DNA from: a bacterium
GTDB lineage: Bacteria > UBA8248
Direction of reading: 5' to 3'
NCBI GenBank assembly: GCA_965221655.1
Contig: OZ244906.1
Coordinates: 99,633-163,632, forward strand
DNA: 64,000 nt
Shown here piece after piece: positions 53,662-62,204 of this stretch. The translations under genes and the position numbers were made by a program. Every line of letters begins with the position of its first letter. Position 1 is the stretch's first letter. Under the pieces are notes generated by a model. It was not told where the DNA came from and did no database searches. It saw only the letters and a list, made by a program, of their open reading frames with translations.

Positions 53662-54684
53662 CTACCCCTCCAGAAAGTTTTGCACCTCGGTGTAGAGGGC
53701 TTCGCGGCACCACTCGTATTGAGCGAAGTGGGTGGCGTCGCCCAGTACGACCGAACGCTTCCCCCGGCTGTTGACCAGGGCGCGGCAGACGGCGGAGAAA
53801 ACCGGATCGGTCGAACTCGTGTCGTGATCCCCGCGAATGGCGAGCACCGGACAGGTGATTTTGCGCGCGTCGTAGAGGGGTTTGTTGCGCGCGCGGTCGT
53901 AGGCGTCGGCCATCGCGCCGTTGGGCACGCGCACGGCGGGCGTGCGCCTGCGCGCACCCGCGGGGTCGAACTTGAGTTGTTCCGCCCAAAACCGCGCAAT
54001 CGCCTTCTCGGTTCTCCACTTCGCGTGGCGGCCGGGGGGGATGCTGCCGTCCCAGCGCGCGCGCTGGTATTTTTCCGTGACCCAGCGCCACGCCCCCTTG
54101 CGCGGGTCCCAGCGGCCGGGCCGCTCCGGGTCCTCCCACAGGGCGGCGGCGCGCGGGTCGTCGTATGCGTAAAAAGGCGCGTAGAGGGCGAGACGCCGCA
54201 CGCGCGCCTGTTTGCCCGCGGTGAAGGCCGCCGTGGTCGTCGTGCCCCACGACCAGCCGAGGAGGTTCAACTTGCTGATGGCGTTTTGCGCGCAGATGAA
54301 GCGCACGGCGGCGTCGATGTCGCGCACGGCCGTGATTCCGCGCACCGCGGGGGGTTGGTTGACCGGGCTTTGCAACATCTCGGGGGGGCGCGTCGAGGGG
54401 CCGTAGCCCCGGATGCACAGGGCGTAGACGTGAAAGCCGCGCGCGGCGGCGAAGTTCATCCACGAGTAGCCGGGCAGGGGGAGGTCGAAGGCGACGGGGG
54501 CGGGCGTGCTCTGCCCGTGCACCATGAGCAGGGTGGCGGCGGCTTCGGATTTTTCCATGCCGCGCGGTTTCTTCTCCCGCAGGTGGAGTTTTACGCCTTC
54601 GTCGTGTGCATCGATAAAGTGGTCTTTGCGAATAATTCCCGTCTTGGCCAAGGTGTTCTCTCCACACAGGGGCGCACGCTCCAT
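53662..54684 (-). CDS. alpha/beta-fold hydrolase
   Basis: 340 aa. LLMVHGQS oxyanion region, nucleophile elbow LLGWSWGT, and a late GDHD / THF(A) acid/His region. Confidence 0.75.
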   Translation of the reverse strand: MERAPLCGENTLAKTGIIRKDHFIDAHDEGVKLHLREKKPRGMEKSEAAATLLMVHGQSTPAPVAFDLPLPGYSWMNFAAARGFHVYALCIRGYGPSTRPPEMLQSPVNQPPAVRGITAVRDIDAAVRFICAQNAISKLNLLGWSWGTTTTAAFTAGKQARVRRLALYAPFYAYDDPRAAALWEDPERPGRWDPRKGAWRWVTEKYQRARWDGSIPPGRHAKWRTEKAIARFWAEQLKFDPAGARRRTPAVRVPNGAMADAYDRARNKPLYDARKITCPVLAIRGDHDTSSTDPVFSAVCRALVNSRGKRSVVLGDATHFAQYEWCREALYTEVQNFLEG

Positions 54685-54770
54685 TTCGCAGGCTGCCTGA
54701 GGCGGCGGTGCGCTTGAGCGCGCGCGTGATCGTCGATATAGTGGCGCAATTCACCGCCCCAGAGTCTCTC

Positions 54771-55373
54771 ATGTATTCCATCGAACGCGATCTCGCAAGC
54801 GAGGGCGTCTCGTGCGTCGCAGGCGTGGACGAGGCCGGACGCGGCCCCCTGGCGGGGCCGGTGGTGGCCGCCGCCGTGGTGCTCGACCCCGAAAGGCCTA
54901 TCCACGGGCTCGACGACAGCAAAAAACTCACCCCCGGGCGGCGCGAGGCGCTGCTCGGCGAGATTCTCGCCAGTGCGCGCGCCGTCGGCCTGGCGGCGGT
55001 GGGTCCGCGCGAGATAGAGCGCGTCAACATTCTGCAAGCCTCGCTGTGCGCTATGGCGACCGCCGTGACGCGCCTCGCCGTGGCGCCCGCCCACGTGCTC
55101 GTCGACGGCAACAGGCGCATTCCCTCGCGCTTGCCGCAGACCCCGCTGGTGAAGGGCGACGCGCGCTGCGCCTGCATCGCCGCGGCGAGCGTGGTAGCCA
55201 AGGTGTATCGGGACCGGGTGATGGCGCGGATGGACGCGCGCTTTCCGGTCTACGGGTTCGGCAGACACAAGGGCTACCCCACGCGGGATCATCTGGCGGC
55301 TCTCGCACGCCACGGCCCCTGCCGCATTCACAGGCGCACGTTTCGGGGGGTGGCGGAGGCGGGTGCGTCGTGA
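54771..55373 (+). CDS. rnhB: ribonuclease HII
   Basis: ORF 54708..55373; ATG 54771. VAGVDEAGRGPLAGPVVAAAV, DSKKL, and SIIAK-like ASVVAKV. Confidence 0.9.
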   Translation: MYSIERDLASEGVSCVAGVDEAGRGPLAGPVVAAAVVLDPERPIHGLDDSKKLTPGRREALLGEILASARAVGLAAVGPREIERVNILQASLCAMATAVTRLAVAPAHVLVDGNRRIPSRLPQTPLVKGDARCACIAAASVVAKVYRDRVMARMDARFPVYGFGRHKGYPTRDHLAALARHGPCRIHRRTFRGVAEAGAS

Positions 55374-55729
55374 GCCGGGAGAGAGGCAGAATCGGCGAGG
55401 ACGCAGCCGTAGGCTTCCTGCGCCGCAGCGGGTACAGGATTATCGAGCGCAACTACCGGGGTGCGCGCTACGAGGTGGACGTCATCGCGCGCGAGGGGGA
55501 GGTTCTCGCCTTCATCGAGGTGAAGATGCGCGCGCCGGGCCGCGCGCCCGAGGGCGCTCTGGCCGTCGGCCGCGAGAAGCAGCGCAGAATCGTTCGGGCC
55601 GCGGAGCACTACCTGATGACCCACCCGGGCGAGCAGGCGCGCCTCTGCCGATTCGACGTGGTGTTGCTCGAAGCCGAGGCGGGCAAGAGACCAAAAGCAA
55701 GGGAATTACTGCGCGATGCGTTTCGCTAG
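55370..55729 (+). CDS. yraN: YraN-family (UPF0102) endonuclease-like protein
   Basis: GTG 55370 overlaps the rnhB stop (GTGA). GEDAAVGFLRRSGYRIIERNYR...EVDVIAREGEVLAFIEVK...CRFDVV. Confidence 0.85.
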   Translation: MSRERGRIGEDAAVGFLRRSGYRIIERNYRGARYEVDVIAREGEVLAFIEVKMRAPGRAPEGALAVGREKQRRIVRAAEHYLMTHPGEQARLCRFDVVLLEAEAGKRPKARELLRDAFR

Positions 55730-55776
55730 CGCCGCGCGGCTGCGGGAATTTCGTTTGTCTGCCCGGCGCGCCAGCC

Positions 55777-56556
55777 TTAAGGGTTGCGCTCGGCGATGAG
55801 GCGAAGGCCCAGCAGCGTGAGGTCCGGGTGCACGAAGTCGAAAGCCTCCATCTGCCTGCCGAGGGTGGGGCTCGGCCCGCCGGTGGCGACGACCTTCGCC
55901 TCCTGGCCGAGTTCGTTCTTCATGCGCCCGACGATTTCTCCGACCAACCCCCGGTAACCGTAGGCGATGCCCGACTGGATGCTGTGCACCGTGTTCTTGC
56001 CGATGACGGAGGGGGGCAGGGCGGTTTCGACGCGGGGGAGGCGCGCCGTTTTGTCGATGAGCGCCTCCAGGGCGATGCCCACGCCCGGTGCGATGGCCCC
56101 GCCCAGATATTCGCCGCGCGCGGAGATGGCGTCGAAGGTGGTGGCGGTTCCGAAGTCGACGATGATCAAGGGGCCGCCGTAGAGGTGGTGGCCGGCGACG
56201 GCGTTCACGATTCTGTCGGCCCCCACCTCGTGGGGGTTGTCGTATTTGATGACCATGCCCGTGCGGGTGCCGGGGCCGACCACCAGCGGCTCGACGCCGA
56301 AGTAGCGGTTCGACATCTCTTCGAGAACCGGCCCCAGGGGGGGGACCACGCTCGCGATGACGACGCGCCCCACGTCCGCCATGCGGTGCTCCCCGAGGCG
56401 GAAGAGGCCTTCCACCAGAATGGCCAGCTCATCCGTGGTGCGGCGGCTTACCGAACCGAGCCGCCAGCTCGCAATGGGCTCCTCGCCCTCGAAAAGCCCC
56501 ACGACCGTCTGCGTGTTGCCCACGTCGATGGCCAAAAGGCGCTTGCCCGTGCTCAT
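55777..56556 (-). CDS. coaX: type III pantothenate kinase
   Basis: LLAIDVGNTQTVVGLF, GADRIVNAVA, IVDFGTATTFD. The start overlaps the birA stop (ATGA). Confidence 0.9.
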   Translation of the reverse strand: MSTGKRLLAIDVGNTQTVVGLFEGEEPIASWRLGSVSRRTTDELAILVEGLFRLGEHRMADVGRVVIASVVPPLGPVLEEMSNRYFGVEPLVVGPGTRTGMVIKYDNPHEVGADRIVNAVAGHHLYGGPLIIVDFGTATTFDAISARGEYLGGAIAPGVGIALEALIDKTARLPRVETALPPSVIGKNTVHSIQSGIAYGYRGLVGEIVGRMKNELGQEAKVVATGGPSPTLGRQMEAFDFVHPDLTLLGLRLIAERNP

Positions 56557-57293
56557 GCGCTTCCCACCTCGCCGGAATCTATCCGCAGAACGGAGCCATC
56601 GGGAACCCCGAGCAGCAGGCGGCCCGCCTCGTCCACCCCTTCGTTCGTTCCTCGCACCGTCTCGTTACCGACGCGAACGGAGACTCCCTCGCCCAGATTG
56701 TCGCACAGCCGCAGCCAGTCGCTCCGCACCGCGGCGAAGCCGTCTGATTCGTATGCGGACAGCCGGGCGGCGATGCGCTCGAGAATTGCGTGGAGCAGGC
56801 TCTCTGCGGTCGGGACGCGCCCGCCCTCTAAGAGAATCGAGGAGGCCGACGCGCGAAGTGCGGGGGGAAAATGCTCCGCGCGCACCCGGAGGTTCAGACC
56901 CAGACCCGCGACCACGGCCGGCTGGGGGCGGGCTAAGTATTCGCACAGGATGCCGCCGATTTTTCGCCCGCGCACCCGCAAGTCGTTCGGCCACTTGAGG
57001 CCGACGGTGAGGCCGGTTGCCTCCCGGGTCGCCTCCGCCGCGGCGACGCCCAGGGCGAGCGTGAGGGAGGTGGGCGTCTGCGCCTCGGGCCGAAGGAGGG
57101 CGGAGAAGTAAAGGCCCCCGGGCGGTGAGAACCACGCGCGGCCTTGCCTTCCCCTGCCGCCGCTCTGGCATTCGGCGCGCACGACGAGGCCTTCCGCCTC
57201 GCCGCGTCGCGCCCTCTCGGCCACCAGTTCGTTGGTGGAGGCGGTCTCCTCCACCGTTTCGACGCGCCAGGCGATGGCGCGGGCGGTGCGCAT
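56553..57293 (-). CDS. birA: biotin--[acetyl-CoA-carboxylase] ligase (group I, no HTH domain)
   Basis: QSGGRGRQGRAWFSPPGGLYFS, KWPNDL, and a C-terminal SH3-like domain. 246 aa, so no N-terminal repressor domain. Confidence 0.9.
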   Translation of the reverse strand: MRTARAIAWRVETVEETASTNELVAERARRGEAEGLVVRAECQSGGRGRQGRAWFSPPGGLYFSALLRPEAQTPTSLTLALGVAAAEATREATGLTVGLKWPNDLRVRGRKIGGILCEYLARPQPAVVAGLGLNLRVRAEHFPPALRASASSILLEGGRVPTAESLLHAILERIAARLSAYESDGFAAVRSDWLRLCDNLGEGVSVRVGNETVRGTNEGVDEAGRLLLGVPDGSVLRIDSGEVGSA

Positions 57294-59915
57294 CTAGTCC
57301 TGAAGCTCCGCGATGCGCGCCGCGCTTTCGCGGAGTTTTTCCGCGCGTGCTTGTGTCTCGTGCAGGCGAAGCCTGTCCTTTTCCACGATTTCGGCCGGTG
57401 CGCGCTCGACGAACGCAGGATTGGCGAGCTTCTTCTCGAGGCCCGCCGCGGTTTCCTCCGCCTCGGCGATTTGCTTTTCGAGGCGCTTGAGCTCCTCCTC
57501 GACGTCGATGAGCCCCCCGATGGGCACGAACGCCTGGCCGCAGCCGAAAACGGCGTTTGCCGACGCCTTGGGACGCTCCACGTCGGAGGCGACCTGCCAG
57601 TCCGGTGCGATGCGCGCGAGACGCCGAATCCACTCCGCCTCGCGCAGTATGAGAGCGCGGTTCGCAGGGTCGGGAACCTGGAGGTGGGCGGGCATCTCCT
57701 TGTTGGGGGAGATGTTGAGCTCCCCGCGAATGTTGCGGATGCCGCCGACTAACTCCATCAGAGCGCTGAACTCCGCCTCGGCCTGGGGGTCGTCCCAGTC
57801 CTCTCGGGGCGTGGGCCATGCGGCCACCATGATGCTCTCGCCCGTGCGATGGGGCAGCTTTTGCCAGATTTCTTCGGTGATGAAGGGAATGACGGGGTGG
57901 AGCAGGCGCAAGGTTTGCTCGAGTGCCGAGGCGAGCACCGCGCGGCTGGCGTCGCCGCCCTCCTTTGAGGTGAGGGCGGGCTTGATGACCTCGAGATACC
58001 AGTCGCACAACTCATGCCACGTGAAGTGGTAAAGAGCGAGAGCCGCGTCGTTGAAGCGGTATTCGGCGAGGGCTTGCTCCACCTGGCGCGTCACGCCGTT
58101 CAGGCGGCTGAGTATCCATCTATCGCCCAGGGAGAGGGCCTCTCGCGGCGGCATGGGCGGAACCTTCTCGCCCAGATTCATCAGGGTGAAGCGGGCGGCG
58201 TTCCAGATTTTGTTGCAGAAGTTGCGGTAGCCCGCGATGCGCTCGGTCGAGAGGCGTATGTCGCGCCCCTGGGCGGCCATGGCGGTGAGCGTGAACCGCA
58301 GCGCGTCGGTGCCGAACTCCTCGATAATCTCGAGCGGATCGATGATGTTGCCCCGCGTCTTGCTCATCTTCTGGCCGTGCTCGTCACGCACCAGAGCGTG
58401 GATGTAAACGTCGCGGAAGGGGACGTCGCCCATGAACTCGAGGCCCGTCATGATCATCCGCGCCACCCAGAAGAAGATGATGTCGAAGCCCGTCACGAGC
58501 ACGGAGGTGGGGTAGAAGTAGTTGAGGTCGGCGTTTTTCTCCGGCCAGCCAAAGGTCGAGAAGGGCCACAGGGCGGAGCTGAACCAGGTGTCGAGCACGT
58601 CGGTCTCGCGGCGAAGCTTCGGGTCGTCGGGGTCTTCGCGCGAGACGACCACCTCGCCGGTCTCATCGTTGTACCAGGCCGGTATCTGGTGGCCCCACCA
58701 AATCTGGCGGCTGATGCACCAGTCCCGAATGTTGTGCATCCATTCGAAATAGGTGGCTTCCCACTGCTTGGGGATGATCTTGATGCGCCCCTCCTCCACC
58801 GCGCGGATGGACTCTTCCGCCAGCGGCTTCGCACGCACGAACCACTGCTTGGAGAGGTAGGGTTCCACCACCGTGGCGCAGCGGTAGCACGTGCCCACGG
58901 CGTGGCGATGGGCCTCGACCCCCCGCGTGAGGCCGCGCTCCTCCATGTCCGCGACTATGCGCTTGCGCGCCGCGAACCTGTCGAGCCCCGCGTAGGGGCC
59001 GCCGTTTTCGTTGATCTTCGCATCCGGCGTGAGGATGTTGATTTGCTCCAGGTCGTTTCTCAGACCCGCCTCAAAGTCGTTCGGGTCGTGCGCGGGCGTT
59101 ACCTTTACCGCCCCGGAGCCGAAGGCGGGGTCCACGAAAGAATCGGCGATGAGGGGAATCTGCCTGTCCAGAAGCGGCAGGCGCAAACTTTGCCCCACGA
59201 GGTGCGCGTAGCGTTCGTCCTCGGGGTGGACGGCCACGGCGGTGTCGCCGAGCATGGTCTCGGGGCGCGTGGTGGCGATGGTGACGCCCTCGCCGCCCTC
59301 CCAGAGGGGGTAGTGGAAGCTCCACAGGTGGCCGTCGTGGTCTTCGTGCTCGACTTCGAGGTCGGAGACGGCTGTCTCACACCGCGGACACCAGTTGACC
59401 AGATAGTCGTCGCGGTAGATGAGTCCTTTTTCATACAGCAGCACGAAGGCTTCGCGCACGGCGCGCGAGAGGCCCTCGTCCATGGTGAAGCGCTCGCGCT
59501 CCCAGTCGCACGACGCTCCCAGACGATGCAGTTGGCGGATGATGGTGCCGCCGCTCTCTGCCTTCCACTTCCAGACGCGCTCTATGAACTTCTCGCGCCC
59601 CAGCGCCTCGCGCGAGAGGTTCTCCTCGGCGAGCTGGCGCTCGACCACGTTCTGGGTGGCGATGCCCGCGTGGTCGGTGCCCGGCATCCAGCAGACGCGC
59701 AGGCCGCTCATCCGCTTCCAGCGCACGAGGACGTCCTGCAAGGTGTTGTTCAGGGCGTGGCCCATGTGGAGAGAGCCCGTCACGTTCGGCGGCGGGATGA
59801 CGATGGAGTAGGGCGTGTGCTCCTCGCTGGGTGCGCCGTGAAAATAGCCGCGTGCGAGCCATTCGGCATACCAGTGAGCCTCGGCCCCTTTCGGGTCGTA
59901 GCGGGGTTCGAGCAA
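57294..59915 (-). CDS. valS: valine--tRNA ligase
   Basis: 873 aa. PPPNVTGSLHMGHAL (HIGH), KMSKTRGN (KMSKS), and a C-terminal coiled coil. Confidence 0.95.
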   Translation of the reverse strand: MLEPRYDPKGAEAHWYAEWLARGYFHGAPSEEHTPYSIVIPPPNVTGSLHMGHALNNTLQDVLVRWKRMSGLRVCWMPGTDHAGIATQNVVERQLAEENLSREALGREKFIERVWKWKAESGGTIIRQLHRLGASCDWERERFTMDEGLSRAVREAFVLLYEKGLIYRDDYLVNWCPRCETAVSDLEVEHEDHDGHLWSFHYPLWEGGEGVTIATTRPETMLGDTAVAVHPEDERYAHLVGQSLRLPLLDRQIPLIADSFVDPAFGSGAVKVTPAHDPNDFEAGLRNDLEQINILTPDAKINENGGPYAGLDRFAARKRIVADMEERGLTRGVEAHRHAVGTCYRCATVVEPYLSKQWFVRAKPLAEESIRAVEEGRIKIIPKQWEATYFEWMHNIRDWCISRQIWWGHQIPAWYNDETGEVVVSREDPDDPKLRRETDVLDTWFSSALWPFSTFGWPEKNADLNYFYPTSVLVTGFDIIFFWVARMIMTGLEFMGDVPFRDVYIHALVRDEHGQKMSKTRGNIIDPLEIIEEFGTDALRFTLTAMAAQGRDIRLSTERIAGYRNFCNKIWNAARFTLMNLGEKVPPMPPREALSLGDRWILSRLNGVTRQVEQALAEYRFNDAALALYHFTWHELCDWYLEVIKPALTSKEGGDASRAVLASALEQTLRLLHPVIPFITEEIWQKLPHRTGESIMVAAWPTPREDWDDPQAEAEFSALMELVGGIRNIRGELNISPNKEMPAHLQVPDPANRALILREAEWIRRLARIAPDWQVASDVERPKASANAVFGCGQAFVPIGGLIDVEEELKRLEKQIAEAEETAAGLEKKLANPAFVERAPAEIVEKDRLRLHETQARAEKLRESAARIAELQD

Positions 59916-59918
59916 AGG

Positions 59919-60581
59919 TTATTCTCCGTGTTTGATTTTTTCGATTTCTCGAAGAACTATCTTCTCTACCAGGTCGGGAAGACGCTCCACGACGATGGCC
60001 TCGACGCGGTGCGAGAGCGCGGGGAGTATGCGCTCGACGGTGCGCTCCACGGATTGGTGAATGACGGCCTCCGTCTCCTCATCCTCCAGTGTAAAGAACT
60101 CCTCGGCGCTTTCTGAGGGGCGGTCTTGCACGTTGCCGGCCACTGCCTCCCCCGCCGCGGTTTCCTCTGCAGGCGCGTCTTCGGGGGGGTGCTCCTGTCT
60201 GCCCGCGTCCGCGGCGGCTGCGAGAACGCGGTCGACTTCCGTGGTGAGCGTGAGCGGCTTGAAGGGCTTTTCGATGCTGCCCGCAACGCTGAGCTCCGTG
60301 ATTTCCGCTTCGCCTATTTCGCCCCGCGTGCTCGTCAGGACGATGAGGGCAGCCCCGCCGCATCCCGGCGCCTGGCGGAGGCTGCGGCAGAAATCCAGCC
60401 CGTCCGCATTCTCCATGTCCAGCCCGACGAGGACGACGTCGGGCGAGGCGTCGTGCGCGGTGGCGAGGGCTTCATCTGCGCTTTGCGCGATGTGGACCTC
60501 GAAATCTCCGTCCCGGAAGGCCAGTTCCACGACCCGTTGGACCAGCAGGCTTTCTTCGAGGAGGAGCAGGTTGGTCGCCAT
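59919..60581 (-). CDS. response-regulator receiver protein with acidic/Pro-rich linker and conserved helical C-terminal tail (RomR-like architecture)
   Basis: ORF 59919..60629; ATG 60581 (MATNLLLLEESLL). Receiver signatures VVLVGLDMENADG, LTS and EKPF. Linker is EHPPEDAPAEETAAGE. Tail is VERTVERILPALSHRVEAIVVERLPDLVEKIVLREIEKIK. Confidence 0.8.
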   Translation of the reverse strand: MATNLLLLEESLLVQRVVELAFRDGDFEVHIAQSADEALATAHDASPDVVLVGLDMENADGLDFCRSLRQAPGCGGAALIVLTSTRGEIGEAEITELSVAGSIEKPFKPLTLTTEVDRVLAAAADAGRQEHPPEDAPAEETAAGEAVAGNVQDRPSESAEEFFTLEDEETEAVIHQSVERTVERILPALSHRVEAIVVERLPDLVEKIVLREIEKIKHGE

Positions 60582-60730
60582 GTAGTCGGGTCCTCGTCCG
60601 GGTGGGCGCTGGACGGCGGGATGGGCCATGGAAACGCCAGGTGCACCTTGCGCCCCCCTCCCGGAGGCGTCGTGCGTTTCCAGCCGGCCGTCCGCGGGGA
60701 ATCATGCCATTATCGCAATTTCGGGGTCAA

Positions 60731-61783
60731 CTATCTGCGCCGGTAGCGGTTCACGGCGCGGCGATGCTCGCGGTAGGTGCGCGAGAATTGGTGGCCGCCC
60801 TCCTTTTTGGCCACGAAGTAGAGATACTTCACCCGCGCGGGGCGCACCGCCGCCGCGATGGATGCGAGCCCCGGGCTGGCGATGGGGCCGGGGGGGAGCC
60901 CCCGGCGGCGGTAGGTGTTGTAGGGAGAGTCGTGGCGCAGGTGCTTCCTGGTGAGGTTCCCGTCGAAGCGCGGCAGCCCGTAGATGACGGTCGGGTCGCT
61001 TTGCAGGCGCATTCCGCGCCTGAGCCGGTTGACGAACACGGCGGCGACGAGCGGGCGTTCGGCGTCGATGGCGGTTTCTTTCTCGACGATGGAAGCCAGC
61101 GTGAGCGCCTGGTGGAGGGTAAAGCCCATCTCGCGCGCCTGCTCCCTGAGCGCGGGCGAGAATTTTCGGTGCATCGTGCGCACCATGAACGCGAGGATTT
61201 TTCTGGCGGAAACCCCCTCGGGGAAGTGATATGTGTCGGGGAAGGCGTATCCCTCGAGCGAGTCCGCGGGCACGCCCAGCTCCCGAAGGAAGGAGGCGTC
61301 CCGCGCGAGTGCGAGAATCTCTTGTTCTCCCGCCAGTTCCGCGCGCTCGATCGTTCGTGCGATTTCGCGCAGGCTCGAGCCTTCGGGAACGGTGAAGGTG
61401 CGCTGAACGACCCTGCCCTCGGACAGGCGGCGGTATATCTCGCGCGGCGACATGGAGGCTTTAAGAGCGTAGACGCCCGCCTGCATCCTCCTGGCTCCGC
61501 CCCTGAGCCTGGCCTGGAGGTCAAACAGCCTCGGGTTGCGGATGAGGCGCTTGCGCGCGAGCAGTGCGCGCACCTCGGCAAAGGACATGCCCGGGCGCAC
61601 GTGGACGCGCGTCGCTTCTGTCGCGTTCGGGTCGGCGGGGCGGGAGAATTCCGCCTCGAGCCCGCGGTGGACGAGGAAGGCGCAGAGAACGAGGAGGGAG
61701 AGGAGCGCCACCGCGAGCCTTGCGCGCGCGCGACCGCGCGGCGGGGTGTTTTTTCCGGATGCGGAATGCGCGTCTTCAGCCAT
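60731..61783 (-). CDS. mltG: endolytic murein transglycosylase MltG (YceG-like)
   Basis: N-terminal TM helix (LAVALLSLLVLCAFLV) and a YceG domain (TFTVPEGSSLREIA, EGYAFPDTY, ASIVEKE, NTYRRRGLPPGPIASPG). Confidence 0.9.
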   Translation of the reverse strand: MAEDAHSASGKNTPPRGRARARLAVALLSLLVLCAFLVHRGLEAEFSRPADPNATEATRVHVRPGMSFAEVRALLARKRLIRNPRLFDLQARLRGGARRMQAGVYALKASMSPREIYRRLSEGRVVQRTFTVPEGSSLREIARTIERAELAGEQEILALARDASFLRELGVPADSLEGYAFPDTYHFPEGVSARKILAFMVRTMHRKFSPALREQAREMGFTLHQALTLASIVEKETAIDAERPLVAAVFVNRLRRGMRLQSDPTVIYGLPRFDGNLTRKHLRHDSPYNTYRRRGLPPGPIASPGLASIAAAVRPARVKYLYFVAKKEGGHQFSRTYREHRRAVNRYRRR

Positions 61784-62204
61784 GGAGGGCGGCGTGATCC
61801 AGATACGCCTGGAGAATCAGTTGCGCCGCGAGGACGTCGCGCTTCTCCGCCTTGCGGGCGGGTTTGGTGTGCGTTTCGTTCAGCACCCGCTCGGCCTGCG
61901 TGGTGCTGAGGCGCTCGTCCCATTTCGTCACCGAGACGTCGAGACGCTCGCGCAGAAACTTGATGAACCTCCTCGTGCGCTTTGCCCGCGCGGTGTCTTT
62001 GCCCGAGAGGCCGAGGGGGTGTCCCACGACCAGCAGGCGCACGCCGCGCTCGCGGATGATGTCGCGCATCTCCTCCGCCACCTGCTCGTCGGAGCGCCTC
62101 TCGATCAGGCCGAGGGGCTGGGAGGTCAGCCCCAGTGCGTCGCTGATGGCGAGCCCCACCCGCCTCTCGCCGAAGTCCATGCCCAAAACGCGGGGTCGGC
62201 TCAT
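61776..62204 (-). CDS. ruvX: putative pre-16S rRNA nuclease / Holliday-junction-resolvase-like YqgF
   Basis: This is the 3' 142 codons of track ORF 61776..63143, starting at ATG 62204. VLGMDFGERRVGLAISD, LLVVGHPLGLSG, WDERLST. Confidence 0.9.
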   Translation of the reverse strand: MSRPRVLGMDFGERRVGLAISDALGLTSQPLGLIERRSDEQVAEEMRDIIRERGVRLLVVGHPLGLSGKDTARAKRTRRFIKFLRERLDVSVTKWDERLSTTQAERVLNETHTKPARKAEKRDVLAAQLILQAYLDHAALHG

